In this document: one piece after another, positions 28,687 through 38,534 of the stretch | Numbering within the stretch: position 1 is the first letter of the stretch | Layout: every line of letters starts with the position of its first letter | Assembly: GCA_963922635.1 (NCBI GenBank) | Contig: CAWUJX010000001.1 | Span: 1 to 63,113, forward strand | Source of the DNA: an uncultured Hyphomicrobiales bacterium | GTDB lineage: Bacteria; Pseudomonadota; Alphaproteobacteria; Rhizobiales; Rhizobiaceae | Length of the DNA stretch: 63,113 nucleotides | Reading direction: 5' to 3' | The notes under the pieces: model-generated | Told to the model about the DNA's origin: nothing | Database searches by the model: none | What the model saw: only the letters and a program-made list of their open reading frames with translations | Program-made: the position numbers and the translations under genes

Positions 28687-30024
28687 TCACGCAACCCGCT
28701 TGTTGATGTTTGTGGCTTCTTCGGTCCCTGCCTCGGAACCGTCCAATGCAATGTCCGAAGGATTGCCAATATCGTTTTTGGCTGCCCCAGCCCTCACAAT
28801 TCCTTTTACGATACGGCTAAGAACAGGGGAGCGTTTTATGACACGCCGCACATGCTGCGATGCGCGGATACTGCCTGCTAATATGCGGCCTTTGAAAGTA
28901 AGCGGCATAATGTGATGTTGAAGCGGTGTCGTGGTATCGCACCAGTCTTCTTTGTATCTCTCATCCCCGATCAGAAAATCATAGTTTGTTTTTCCACTTC
29001 GACATGCAAGTTCCAGCGTTTTAACAAGTAGCTGAGTGCCGATTGAATACTTGCTCGGAATACCCGGAGCATAGGCAGAGACCAGGTTGTAAAAGTTAGA
29101 GTGATCAACAAAAGCCAGCATCCCTGCCACAAGGTTACCATCTTGATACAAGCCGAAGACTTTTATGGATGCGGGATCGTCATCCTGGACCGATGCTTTG
29201 AACACCATCCGTGTGTCACTGGGATTGTCTCCACTGCCAAACGGATTGAGATTTCCGAGACTGGATAGATGATCCGTTTTCCAATCCATTATCTTTTCAA
29301 ACGCCACATCACGTTCACTCAAAGAACGGATTTGACGGAATGAGATATGGCCTGTTCTTTTGAAAGCTCGCGTCTTGCTACGAATGCGTTGGCGTGATTT
29401 TGGTGAACGAACCCGCTGGTAAAGCACATTCCATGGATTCGATAACTGAAGTGAGTGCGATGAATATTCCGCTTGCCAACTGGTAAAGGTGCCATCGGCA
29501 ACCCATGGTGCGGGCAAACCGCCAAGCGGGCTCCTCGAGAAGTGAACAACATCCAAATCCGGCACTTGCGATTTAACTGCTTGAACCAACCGTTGAAGGT
29601 CGACTTTTCCCAATTTTTTCGCACACCGTGGGTGCAAGACCATCCCATTATAGTCCGTGCTTTTGGCACCAGCACATCTGAGATAAGTGCCTGTGAGACT
29701 GCGCTCGACAGCCATTGGAAGGATGAATATGAGCTGCTGATCGATCCGTCCGGCAATAATGAACGGAGACGTTTTTCGTCCATGCTCGTCTGCACCCGAA
29801 AATCTGGAATGGTTGTAGATAGACTTGATCCAGGAAAAGCGCTGAAACGGTGAACTCTCAATTTGTTGATCAAGCCGCCGCCATTCGCTTTCAAGGCATT
29901 CAAAAGAGTCATAAAACTCAAATACCAGTGGGCTACTGCTTTTCTCACAAACGTGTTCACCCAGAACATCGGCTTCACCGTTGTCTTGCGAAAAATAGTC
30001 TTTCATGACGAGCACATCTGTCAT
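28687..30024 (-). CDS. CelD/BioF2-like GNAT acyltransferase (FemAB superfamily)
   Basis: FEFYDSFECLESEWRRLDQQIESSPFQRFSWIKSIYNH is the typical opening of Acetyltransf_6/CelD-like proteins. Starts at MTDVLVMKDY. Confidence 0.6.
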   Translation of the reverse strand: MTDVLVMKDYFSQDNGEADVLGEHVCEKSSSPLVFEFYDSFECLESEWRRLDQQIESSPFQRFSWIKSIYNHSRFSGADEHGRKTSPFIIAGRIDQQLIFILPMAVERSLTGTYLRCAGAKSTDYNGMVLHPRCAKKLGKVDLQRLVQAVKSQVPDLDVVHFSRSPLGGLPAPWVADGTFTSWQAEYSSHSLQLSNPWNVLYQRVRSPKSRQRIRSKTRAFKRTGHISFRQIRSLSERDVAFEKIMDWKTDHLSSLGNLNPFGSGDNPSDTRMVFKASVQDDDPASIKVFGLYQDGNLVAGMLAFVDHSNFYNLVSAYAPGIPSKYSIGTQLLVKTLELACRSGKTNYDFLIGDERYKEDWCDTTTPLQHHIMPLTFKGRILAGSIRASQHVRRVIKRSPVLSRIVKGIVRAGAAKNDIGNPSDIALDGSEAGTEEATNINKRVA

Positions 30025-30204
30025 TGTTTCTCTCGCGCTTTGTTGATTGGCAAACTCATCGGGCCAAGGCCAAACAACCAACTGTGACTGAACAGCCGTG
30101 CAAATACCGTGCCAGTTTGATTGAAAGAACAACGTTGGTTTTTGCAGATGCGAGACGAGACCGACTAAACAGCAATCCTGCAGGTGATCAAGTCTGGAAA
30201 TAGA

Positions 30205-31242
30205 CTATCGTTGTTGAGGGGCTGCAGTCGAACCACGCTCCCTGAAATCCAACTCAATCTTTTGCCTGAATGGCTCCGGCAATAAACCGGTTTCATTCAT
30301 CCGTATGAGAGTTGAAGCGGCCAGTGAGCCTATTTGCTTGGCAGGCAATCGTACTGTGGTGAGACCAGGCTCCATCTCAGCGGACCCTCGGAAATCCCCA
30401 ATTCCAACAACTGAAATGTTGCCCGGAATGGAAACACCAATCGACTGGCAAGCGAACACCACACCGTGAGAAATAATGTCATTGCCGCACACAATCGCCG
30501 TCGGTCGATGATTGGCCAATATCCCTTTTGCAAGGCGCTTTGCCTCACCTATATCATACGCGCAAACATGTATGTTTTCCGGCTTTACGTCCAACGCATG
30601 ACTTTTGATACTGCTGATCGCACCCTCACGCCTTGCTCGCGCGCGGTCATTTCCCCGACTATCAGCAAAAATAAAGGCGATGTCAGTGTGACCGAGGTTT
30701 ATCAAATGATCAGTCACGATCCGACCCGCTTCAAAATTATCAGCACCGATACATGGAAGCGCAGACTGCTCTGAATAGCTCCACATCGCAACAACAGGAA
30801 CGTCACGCTGTTGCAGCATGTTGAGTGGAACCGCTTCATGGTCCATTCCCACCAGAGCGATACCATCAATCCGCCGCTCAAGCAGGGAGCGAATAATTGC
30901 CACTTCGCGCGTCAGATCGTAACCGTGTGCTGCAATTAACATTGTGCGGTCATGGTGTAACAACTGTGTCGAAAAGGCTTCAATCATTTCAGCAAAGATC
31001 GCGTTATCAATGGTTGGAACCACCAGCCCGATAGTTCCCGAAAAGCGATTGTGCATGGATCCTGCCATCCGATCGCGAATGTACCCAAGGTCCCCGGCGG
31101 CGGCTTCAATGCGTTTACGGGTAGGCCCTTTGACCACGTCTGGATTGTTGTAGAAACGAGAAACAGTCGCAGGGGAAACGCCTGCCCTTGCCGCCACTTC
31201 GACAATTCCCGGTGCACCCTTGCGTGATCTAACCCGCTTCAC
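30205..31242 (-). CDS. LacI family transcriptional regulator
   Basis: HTH VEVAARAGVSPATVSRFYNNPDVV plus a periplasmic-binding-protein-like core. GTG 31242 gives a canonical length; the ORF-track start at 31326 adds 28 aa. Confidence 0.85.
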   Translation of the reverse strand: MKRVRSRKGAPGIVEVAARAGVSPATVSRFYNNPDVVKGPTRKRIEAAAGDLGYIRDRMAGSMHNRFSGTIGLVVPTIDNAIFAEMIEAFSTQLLHHDRTMLIAAHGYDLTREVAIIRSLLERRIDGIALVGMDHEAVPLNMLQQRDVPVVAMWSYSEQSALPCIGADNFEAGRIVTDHLINLGHTDIAFIFADSRGNDRARARREGAISSIKSHALDVKPENIHVCAYDIGEAKRLAKGILANHRPTAIVCGNDIISHGVVFACQSIGVSIPGNISVVGIGDFRGSAEMEPGLTTVRLPAKQIGSLAASTLIRMNETGLLPEPFRQKIELDFRERGSTAAPQQR

Positions 31243-31361
31243 AGCTAAAAATTTCCTGATTATGAAAACGTTTGCATTATTATTTTCATTGCTTAGCTTT
31301 GTTTGTCCAGCGGGTAAATCCCGCATCAGTTCGGCATGATCTTTGGAGGGATCGAACCGGA

Positions 31362-32876
31362 ATGGAGTTTCTCAGTTACTTCGGTGGCGTATTCGAGCCC
31401 ATTGCATTTATGTTACTTCTAGGCGGAACGATTGGTGGCCTCATTTTGGGTGCAACACCGGGGCTTTCTCCGACGATGGCTGTTGCGCTTCTGATCCCGT
31501 TCACATTTCAACTGCAGCCAACCCAAGGACTGATCCTGTTGGGGGCAGCTTACACATCAACAGTGGCAGGCGGAGCGGTAAGTGCGATCCTTTTAAAAAT
31601 TCCGGGTGCACCTGCCAACATTGCCACGTCCCTTGATGGGCATGCCATGGCCAAAAACGGACAAGGCGCAAGGGCGTTGCAGATGTCATTTCTTGCCTCA
31701 GGCGTCGGCGGCGTAATCGGGGTCATGCTCCTTATTTTCCTCACGCCAGTCTTGGCACAATGGGCGCTGGCATTCGGTCCTTCCCATCTATTCTGGATGG
31801 CGATTTTAGGTGTGACCGTCATCGGGTCGCTGGACTCAAAGTCTTTTGTCAAAGGTCTGTTGTCGGGCTGCATAGGCCTTTGGCTTTCGATGATTGGATA
31901 CGATGACATTCAGGGCGCCCAACGCTTCATTTTTGCCGATGCACTGACCGGCGGCATCAACATCATATCGGCCCTGATCGGAATATTTGCCATTCCGCAG
32001 GTCATCGATATGTTTGCGAAAGGGCGCATGGTGTCTTCAATTTCAGCGTTGGAGGTGGAGCGGCAATCCATCGTCGCCTCTTTGCGGGAAACGTTGATAT
32101 ACAAACGCGCGCTTGCGATTGGCACCGTATGCGGTTCGGTGATTGGACTGATACCTGGCGTTGGTGGGCAAATCGCGGGCCTCCTTGCTTATGACCAGTC
32201 AAAGAAGTTTTCCCGCGAAAAAGACCTGTACGGAAAAGGTCATCCCGAAGGTGTCATCGCCGCGGAATCTGCCAACAACGCAATGGTCGGGCCTTCCCTC
32301 GTACCACTCCTGACACTGTCAATTCCCGGGAGCCCCACCGCTGCCGTCTTGCTTGGCGGGCTGCTGATCCACGGTATTTTTCCGGGCACAGACCTGTTCG
32401 ATAATCATCCGCAGGTAGCGTGGACATTCATCAACTCGATGCTGATCGGCCAATTGTTGATGGTTATGTTCGGTATCTACATCGCGTCTTACGCTGCGAA
32501 AGTCGCACGTTTCCCCACGCCGATCATGGCAGCTTCCGTAATGGTGCTCGCCTTGTTCGGATCATATTCAATCCAGCAATCGTTTGGTGACGTCCAGATC
32601 ATGCTGTGCCTCGGCATAGGAATGTATTTCCTCGAGAAGTTCGGCTTTTCGCCCGCGCCACTTGTTCTGGGTCTAATACTTGGCCCGATCGCCGAGGCAA
32701 ACTTCACCCAAGGAAGCATGATCGCCAATGCAACCGACGGAATGTACGACTATTTCTTTGCAGGCCCGCTCAACATGCTCCTGATCGCGTTTGTGTTGGC
32801 GTCCATTGCTTATAGTTTCTGGGCATCAATGCTTGCAGGCAAAGCTTCCAAAACAACAACGGAGGCCGCAGAATGA
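31362..32876 (+). CDS. tctA: tripartite tricarboxylate transporter, large permease
   Basis: About 500 aa, starting MEFLSYFGGVFEP, with many TM helices. It is followed by TctB- and TctC-type genes. Confidence 0.85.
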   Translation: MEFLSYFGGVFEPIAFMLLLGGTIGGLILGATPGLSPTMAVALLIPFTFQLQPTQGLILLGAAYTSTVAGGAVSAILLKIPGAPANIATSLDGHAMAKNGQGARALQMSFLASGVGGVIGVMLLIFLTPVLAQWALAFGPSHLFWMAILGVTVIGSLDSKSFVKGLLSGCIGLWLSMIGYDDIQGAQRFIFADALTGGINIISALIGIFAIPQVIDMFAKGRMVSSISALEVERQSIVASLRETLIYKRALAIGTVCGSVIGLIPGVGGQIAGLLAYDQSKKFSREKDLYGKGHPEGVIAAESANNAMVGPSLVPLLTLSIPGSPTAAVLLGGLLIHGIFPGTDLFDNHPQVAWTFINSMLIGQLLMVMFGIYIASYAAKVARFPTPIMAASVMVLALFGSYSIQQSFGDVQIMLCLGIGMYFLEKFGFSPAPLVLGLILGPIAEANFTQGSMIANATDGMYDYFFAGPLNMLLIAFVLASIAYSFWASMLAGKASKTTTEAAE

Positions 32877-33334
32877 AAGCGAGTGTTGCCGAACATCGTA
32901 TTGCTTCCGGTGTAATACTCATTGTCGCCGCATGGGTTGCCTATATCAGCTTTACCGGTGAACCGGTGGAGGCCTTTCTATTTCCCCGGATTATCGCGGT
33001 CGTAATTCTCGCCTTGGCAGCATGGAACTTCGTTCGCGCAGTAACCGGAGTTTCGAAAGTGGGCGAAGGCGTTTCTCTTTCGCTGGCCAAAGCGATCGCA
33101 CCCGGCATGCTGGTAATATTGGTTTACGTATTTTTTGCAGCAAAACTACTGGGATTTTACACCGCATCACTTCTGGCATTCATTGCAATATTTGCGATCT
33201 ATGATCCCGCACCGCACAATGAAGTCAATTCATGGATCAAGCGTGTGGGGACCGCCGTGATTTTCGTGGCGATCATGTATGGTCTGTTCGCGTTATTGCT
33301 AAAAGTTCAAACGCCGAGAGGCATATTCTTCTGA
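32873..33334 (+). CDS. tctB: tripartite tricarboxylate transporter, small permease
   Basis: 153 aa with 4 TM helices and an ATGA overlap with tctA. Confidence 0.8.
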   Translation: MKASVAEHRIASGVILIVAAWVAYISFTGEPVEAFLFPRIIAVVILALAAWNFVRAVTGVSKVGEGVSLSLAKAIAPGMLVILVYVFFAAKLLGFYTASLLAFIAIFAIYDPAPHNEVNSWIKRVGTAVIFVAIMYGLFALLLKVQTPRGIFF

Positions 33335-33364
33335 TCGTTGATCAGATAATTTGGAGGAGAGAGC

Positions 33365-34336
33365 ATGAAGAAACTACTCAAGACATTGGCAGTGACAAGC
33401 GTCGCGTTTGCCGCAACCCTTTCCGTGGCGCAAGCCGCAGAATATCCGGAACGTCCAATCGGCGTTGCTGTATCTTACGGAGCTGGCGGCGCAACCGACT
33501 TTCAGGCACGGATCGTTACCATGGTGGCTGGAAATGAAGACATTCTCGGACAGCCCATGTACATCATCAACAAGCCAGGAGCGGGCGGACGCGTCGGTTG
33601 GAACTGGTTTGCCACAGAAGCCGAGGCCGATGGCTACACGCTTTCAGCCTACAACATTCCGCATTTCATTGCCCAATCCATCAAGGGTGGTGTGAAATAT
33701 TCGGCGGACTCTTTTGAACCCATCGCAAATTGGGGTGAAGACCCAGCCGTTGTGGTTGTTCCCAAAGACAGCCCCTATAACACAATGGGCGAGTTGATTG
33801 ACTACGCAAAAGCAAATCCGGGCAAAGTCACCACTTCCGGCGCTGGTCTTTTCGTTGGTCACCACATTGCCGCCTTGCAAATCGAAAAAGCATGCAAATG
33901 CAAGATTGCCTACATCCCCACAAAAGGTGGTGGCGCAGCAGCCATGAAAGCAGTCATCGCAGGCGAAGTTGTTGCCGGCATTAACAACCTGTCTGACGCT
34001 TTCCGCGCCCGCGAAGCCGGTAATGTCAAAATCCTCGGCGTCGCAGACTTGAAACGGAACGAGGCCTTTCTGCCCGACGTTCCAACACTGATGGAAGCAG
34101 GCCTTGATGTGGACAATTCTTCCGTGAACTACCGGGGCCTGATGGTCAAAAAAGGAACACCGCAGGAAGTAATTGATAAACTCGCTGCTCAGGTTCCAAA
34201 AATGTTCGAGCATAAACGCGTGGCAGGCAAAATGGCTGCGGGCGGCTCACCCATGAACATCATGACGCGTGATGAGGTCAAAGCCATGTGGGCTGCACGC
34301 GAGGAGACCTTAAAGGAACTTCTCGCCGGACTGTAA
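33365..34336 (+). CDS. tctC: tripartite tricarboxylate transporter substrate-binding protein (Bug family)
   Basis: Signal peptide followed by YPERPIGVAVSYGAGGATD, the Bug/TctC signature region. Confidence 0.85.
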   Translation: MKKLLKTLAVTSVAFAATLSVAQAAEYPERPIGVAVSYGAGGATDFQARIVTMVAGNEDILGQPMYIINKPGAGGRVGWNWFATEAEADGYTLSAYNIPHFIAQSIKGGVKYSADSFEPIANWGEDPAVVVVPKDSPYNTMGELIDYAKANPGKVTTSGAGLFVGHHIAALQIEKACKCKIAYIPTKGGGAAAMKAVIAGEVVAGINNLSDAFRAREAGNVKILGVADLKRNEAFLPDVPTLMEAGLDVDNSSVNYRGLMVKKGTPQEVIDKLAAQVPKMFEHKRVAGKMAAGGSPMNIMTRDEVKAMWAAREETLKELLAGL

Positions 34337-34404
34337 CAACCAAACAAGCAGGCGGCACTTATGCCGCCTGCCCTTACGCAGAAATAATCAGACAGAGTTC
34401 ACCA

Positions 34405-35835
34405 ATGGCCGTTGCTCAAGAAATCATACCGCCGTCTGCAGACGAAGCCATCGTCGATGAACTGATTGCACGCGCGCGCAGTGCGCAAGCCAAGTACGAA
34501 CGGGATTCAAGTCAGGAAAAATATGACCGCACTGCTCTGGCGGCAGCTTGGGCGTTGATGGAGCCCAAAAGAAATGCCGAGCTTTCAGAGCTGGCGGTGG
34601 CGACCACAGGCTTAGGCAATGTCAAAGACAAAATAACCAAAAACCATCGCAAAACTCTGGGCGTGTTGCGTGACATTAAACACTCGAAGACAACCGGGAT
34701 CATAAGCAACGATCCTGAAACCGGCATAACTGAAATTGCGCGCCCAATCGGCGTGATCGGTGCTGTTGTCCCTTCCACCAATCCGGTCGCAACGCCTACC
34801 AACAATATCGTAAATGCCTTGAAGTGTGGAAACGCCATTATCCTGTCTCCATCGCCAAAAGGTGTTCAGGCCTGTGAAAGACTGCTGAGATATATATATG
34901 CGGAGTTTGATAAAATCGGAGCGAACCATGACCTTGTTCAAATGGTCCCTTCACCCGTTTCCAAAGCCAAAGCCCAACGCCTGATGGAGAAGGCGGACCT
35001 GCTGGTTGTTACCGGCAGTCAGAATAACGTCCATCGCGCCTATTCTTCTGGAACCCCGGCCATTGGTGTTGGCGCGGGAAATGTTGTCACCATCGTTGAT
35101 GAAACGGCCGATCTCACCAGTGCTGCAGAAAAAATCACTGCTTCAAAAACTTTCGACAATGCCACCTCTTGCTCATCAGAAAATTCAATTATTGTGGTTG
35201 ATGAAGTGCGTGAGACTTTTTTAGAGGCGCTTCACAATGCAGGCGGACGGCTGCTTGATCCAGACAATAGTGAAAAACTCAAATCGGCATTATTTCAGTA
35301 TGGCGGTCTCAATCGGCACATTATTGCGCAGGATATCGACAAAGTTATTGCCGCAGCTGACCTGCAGGTTGACGACGCTGATACAGCAAAATTCCTGATT
35401 CTCGAGGGTTCGGGCATTGGTCCTGATTACCCGGAATCCGGTGAGAAACTTTCTCTTGTGGCCACGCTCTTCCGGGCAAAAGACTTTTCGGATGCAAAGC
35501 AAATCGCGGAAAAGATTTTAAACCATCAAGGAGCCGGCCATTCAGTGGGCATTCACACGTCGATGGATGAGCGGGCCGTATCCATGGGGCACGAAATGCC
35601 AACATGCCGTGTCATCGTCAATCAAGCCCATTGTTTTGCAACGGGAGGTTCTTTCGATAATGGCATGCCCTTCTCGCTTTCAATGGGATGTGGTTCATGG
35701 GGTGGCAATTCAATTGATGAGAACTTCAATCACAAACATCTCCTGAACATCACAAAAATTGTTCGGCCTATTGCACCAAGCGAGCCAAGCCTTGATGAGA
35801 TTTTTGGAGACTACTGGCAGGAAGCAGGCAAATGA
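34405..35835 (+). CDS. CoA-acylating aldehyde dehydrogenase (EutE/AdhE-N/SucD-type)
   Basis: SKTFDNATSCSSENSIIV matches the FDNGxxC(A/S)SE active-site region of acylating ALDHs. ATG 34405 (MAVAQEII); the ORF-track start overlaps tctC. Confidence 0.8.
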   Translation: MAVAQEIIPPSADEAIVDELIARARSAQAKYERDSSQEKYDRTALAAAWALMEPKRNAELSELAVATTGLGNVKDKITKNHRKTLGVLRDIKHSKTTGIISNDPETGITEIARPIGVIGAVVPSTNPVATPTNNIVNALKCGNAIILSPSPKGVQACERLLRYIYAEFDKIGANHDLVQMVPSPVSKAKAQRLMEKADLLVVTGSQNNVHRAYSSGTPAIGVGAGNVVTIVDETADLTSAAEKITASKTFDNATSCSSENSIIVVDEVRETFLEALHNAGGRLLDPDNSEKLKSALFQYGGLNRHIIAQDIDKVIAAADLQVDDADTAKFLILEGSGIGPDYPESGEKLSLVATLFRAKDFSDAKQIAEKILNHQGAGHSVGIHTSMDERAVSMGHEMPTCRVIVNQAHCFATGGSFDNGMPFSLSMGCGSWGGNSIDENFNHKHLLNITKIVRPIAPSEPSLDEIFGDYWQEAGK

Positions 35836-37355
35836 CCGCGCCGGTAGCGATTGTCAAAACTTCCGTTCCCGCAATACGGGAATTGATTGATGAATGGGCG
35901 GCGAAAAAGCCAGATCAAACATTTCTAATTAGTCCGGAAAATGGCGACGCAATCACGTTTCAAACACTCCAGAACCGCGTGCGCGCGATCTCCCAATCCA
36001 TATCCAAGAGAGGCATCAAACCGGGGCAAAGCGTGGCCTATGCACTTGGCAACTCGACGGAAGCGGCGACAACCATTTTAGGAATTTTGTATGGAGGCTA
36101 TCTCGCAACAGCAATAAATCTCGTCGCGGGAAACGACGTGATCACATACGTGCTGGAACATTCTGAAACCAAGTTGATTTTCGCAAATGAAGCGGGCCTG
36201 AAAGCGATTGATCAACCGCTCAAAGCCTTACCCACCATTCCAGTTGAGACCCGTCGACCACAAGAAATCGACGATACATACTTTGAAAGTGAAACGGAGT
36301 GGGCGGAACTCGGCGGCCTCTTAATGTACACATCCGGCACCACGGGCAGGCCAAAAGGTGTTGTGCTATCGCAACAAAATCTATTGGCGGGAGGCACAAA
36401 TACGGCACTCGCGCATCAGCTCACAAAGCATGATCGCGGCATGTGTGTTTTACCGTTGTATCACATAAACGGGTTGTGCGTGACAGTGATGGGAGCACTT
36501 GTTTCGGGTGGATCGCTTGTCATTCCTGCCAAATTCAGCGTCTCCAGTTTTTGGGATACAATTGCAGATAACCTTTGCACTTGGTTTTCTGTGGTACCCA
36601 CGCAGATCTCTTATCTTTTGCACGAAGAATCCCCCACTCAGAGCGCAACCGCATTAAAACAAGTACGGTTCGGACGGTCTGCATCTGCACCCCTGTCGCC
36701 TGATGTTCAGTCGGCTTTTGAAGAGAAGTTCAAGATGCCCATCATTGAGACCATGGGGTTGACTGAAACGGCTGCCCAGATCCTCTCCAATCCATTGCCT
36801 CCCGGCATCCGCAAGATCGGCTCACCCGGAATTGCCTTTGGAAATGAAGTGATAATCGCAGACGAAAAACAAAATGAATTGCCCCGTGGCACGGAAGGCG
36901 AGGTTCTGGTGCGCGGTCCCAATGTCATGCGGTATTATCTGAAAAATGCTGAGGCCACCGCAGAGACCATCACAAAACAAGGATGGTTGCGAACTGGTGA
37001 TCTCGGAAAGATGGATGATGATGGCTACGTTTACATCACCGGCAGATTGAAGGAACTGATCATAAAGGGCGGTGAAAACATTGCCCCTCGAGAAATTGAC
37101 GAAGCACTGTACAGCCACAGCGACGTTATCGAAGCTGCCGCTTTTGCATGTCCCTGTAAACAATACGGAGAACGGGTCGAAGCAGCAGTTATGATTGCGG
37201 AACAGGCGAATGTCTCCGAGAAGGAGCTTCTCGAACTATGCAACGCACGATTGGGAAAATTCAAATCACCGGACCGTATTCATTTCCTGCCCGAATTGCC
37301 TAAAGGACCTTCCGGTAAAATACAGCGCATGAAGCTCGCTGAGTTGCTGTTCTAA
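35832..37355 (+). CDS. AMP-forming acyl-CoA synthetase/ligase
   Basis: AMP-binding motif LMYTSGTTGRPKGV, then TGDLGKMDDDGYVYITGR and GKIQR. ATGA overlap with the dehydrogenase gene. Confidence 0.9.
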   Translation: MTAPVAIVKTSVPAIRELIDEWAAKKPDQTFLISPENGDAITFQTLQNRVRAISQSISKRGIKPGQSVAYALGNSTEAATTILGILYGGYLATAINLVAGNDVITYVLEHSETKLIFANEAGLKAIDQPLKALPTIPVETRRPQEIDDTYFESETEWAELGGLLMYTSGTTGRPKGVVLSQQNLLAGGTNTALAHQLTKHDRGMCVLPLYHINGLCVTVMGALVSGGSLVIPAKFSVSSFWDTIADNLCTWFSVVPTQISYLLHEESPTQSATALKQVRFGRSASAPLSPDVQSAFEEKFKMPIIETMGLTETAAQILSNPLPPGIRKIGSPGIAFGNEVIIADEKQNELPRGTEGEVLVRGPNVMRYYLKNAEATAETITKQGWLRTGDLGKMDDDGYVYITGRLKELIIKGGENIAPREIDEALYSHSDVIEAAAFACPCKQYGERVEAAVMIAEQANVSEKELLELCNARLGKFKSPDRIHFLPELPKGPSGKIQRMKLAELLF

Positions 37356-37565
37356 TCGACCGGGCGTTGGCAACCCGCCGCAGTTTGGTAAGTAAGGCGA
37401 GAAACTCCTTACTAGAGATGACAGGTCTCCATGAATCTAGAAGACTTTCGCGAGCCATTCTTCAAATGAATAATTTCCAAGGCAACTGAATATCCCCATC
37501 GGCAACAGAACTTGCATTTGACAAGATCGGCTTTCAGCAGTCGATGAATTGTTCAAATTCTAGGA

Positions 37566-38186
37566 ATGCCATGTCATATGAAGTTTACCCCCCGGTGGCA
37601 TACTTCGTTTAAGTCAGAAGAAAAATACATCGCTGAAATGACAAATGCAGAAAAGCTGAGCGTGTTGATCGCCGAAGAGAACTGGCAGGCGGCAGCGGCA
37701 CTTCTGAAGCGCGAGGCCGGCAGGGCATCTGCGCCCGCGAGTATTTTCTATAATCTGGCCAAAGTGCTCGAAGTCGATCAAAAGTGGAGGCAATCGGGCA
37801 GATGGCTAAGGAAAGCGATCCGGATCGATCCGACTTATCAATTAGCCTGGTTTGAATTGGGCAGATGGGCCCTCGACCAACGTGATTTTCAACAGGCCCT
37901 GGAAGCGTTTCTAAAGGCTTCTGAATTAAACCCCGAAGACAAAGATGCAAAGCGGAATACCGCCCGTTTAGCGCTACGCCTTGGACAATGGGAAGAGGCG
38001 CGTGAACACTGGAAGTCATTTTCAGACTTAGAAGCAGATCAAGCCCGCTATCGCATAGCAGCGGAACTCAGAGAATACACCGACGATCTGCAGGTGGCAT
38101 TGCTCGAAAACAAAAAGGCACGAGCCGCGGTGATCAAGACGCTGTCACGAACGGCCAAAGGCAAGATTCCACTCACGCTCGGTTGA
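37566..38186 (+). CDS. TPR-repeat protein
   Basis: Repeated TPR-like units (AWFELGRWALDQRDFQQALEAFLKASELNPED...). The start is uncertain, with an alternative ATG at 37638. Confidence 0.6.
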   Translation: MPCHMKFTPRWHTSFKSEEKYIAEMTNAEKLSVLIAEENWQAAAALLKREAGRASAPASIFYNLAKVLEVDQKWRQSGRWLRKAIRIDPTYQLAWFELGRWALDQRDFQQALEAFLKASELNPEDKDAKRNTARLALRLGQWEEAREHWKSFSDLEADQARYRIAAELREYTDDLQVALLENKKARAAVIKTLSRTAKGKIPLTLG

Positions 38187-38192
38187 AGCGTA

Positions 38193-38495
38193 TCAGTTGC
38201 GTACGTAGCCATTCTCGGCGTTGCTCGCGGATTTTGCGAAGAAAAAAACACAGGCCTTTCGCTGCACCTCATCGCGATATCCGTTTCGTTCCGCCTTCGC
38301 ACATTTGAACATGAAAGCGGACGGCAGGGAAAACTCGGAAACACACGCAACTTCCTCAATGCCGGATGGATAATTGCTCATCATCCAGACGACACATTGT
38401 TCACGCCGTTGCTCTCTTGTGGACATCTCTGTGGAAGCAGCCAAGGACGGGCTGAGAACCAAGATAAGACACATTAGAATCCGAAAACACTGCAT
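38193..38495 (-). CDS. small secreted Cys-containing protein, function unknown
   Basis: Signal peptide MQCFRILMCLILVLSPSLAAS followed by 6 Cys in a roughly 78-aa mature part. Confidence 0.5.
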   Translation of the reverse strand: MQCFRILMCLILVLSPSLAASTEMSTREQRREQCVVWMMSNYPSGIEEVACVSEFSLPSAFMFKCAKAERNGYRDEVQRKACVFFFAKSASNAENGYVRN

Positions 38496-38534
38496 GTCAT
38501 AAAAGTGTCATGAAGCCTTGAGCCTTGTAAAGGC

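Noticed and set aside
29319-29978. 219-aa same-strand alternative-frame ORF within the CelD-like gene. Also the 189-aa ORF at 33644-34213 antisense to tctC and the 155-aa ORF at 20087-20554 antisense to the SBP gene.
   Set aside because: These overlap longer ORFs that carry recognisable family motifs, and they have no RBS or operon logic of their own.
38048-38359. 103-aa minus-strand ORF overlapping the TPR gene end and the small secreted protein gene.
   Set aside because: It overlaps two better-supported ORFs. The competing frame at 38193-38495 has a clear signal peptide.
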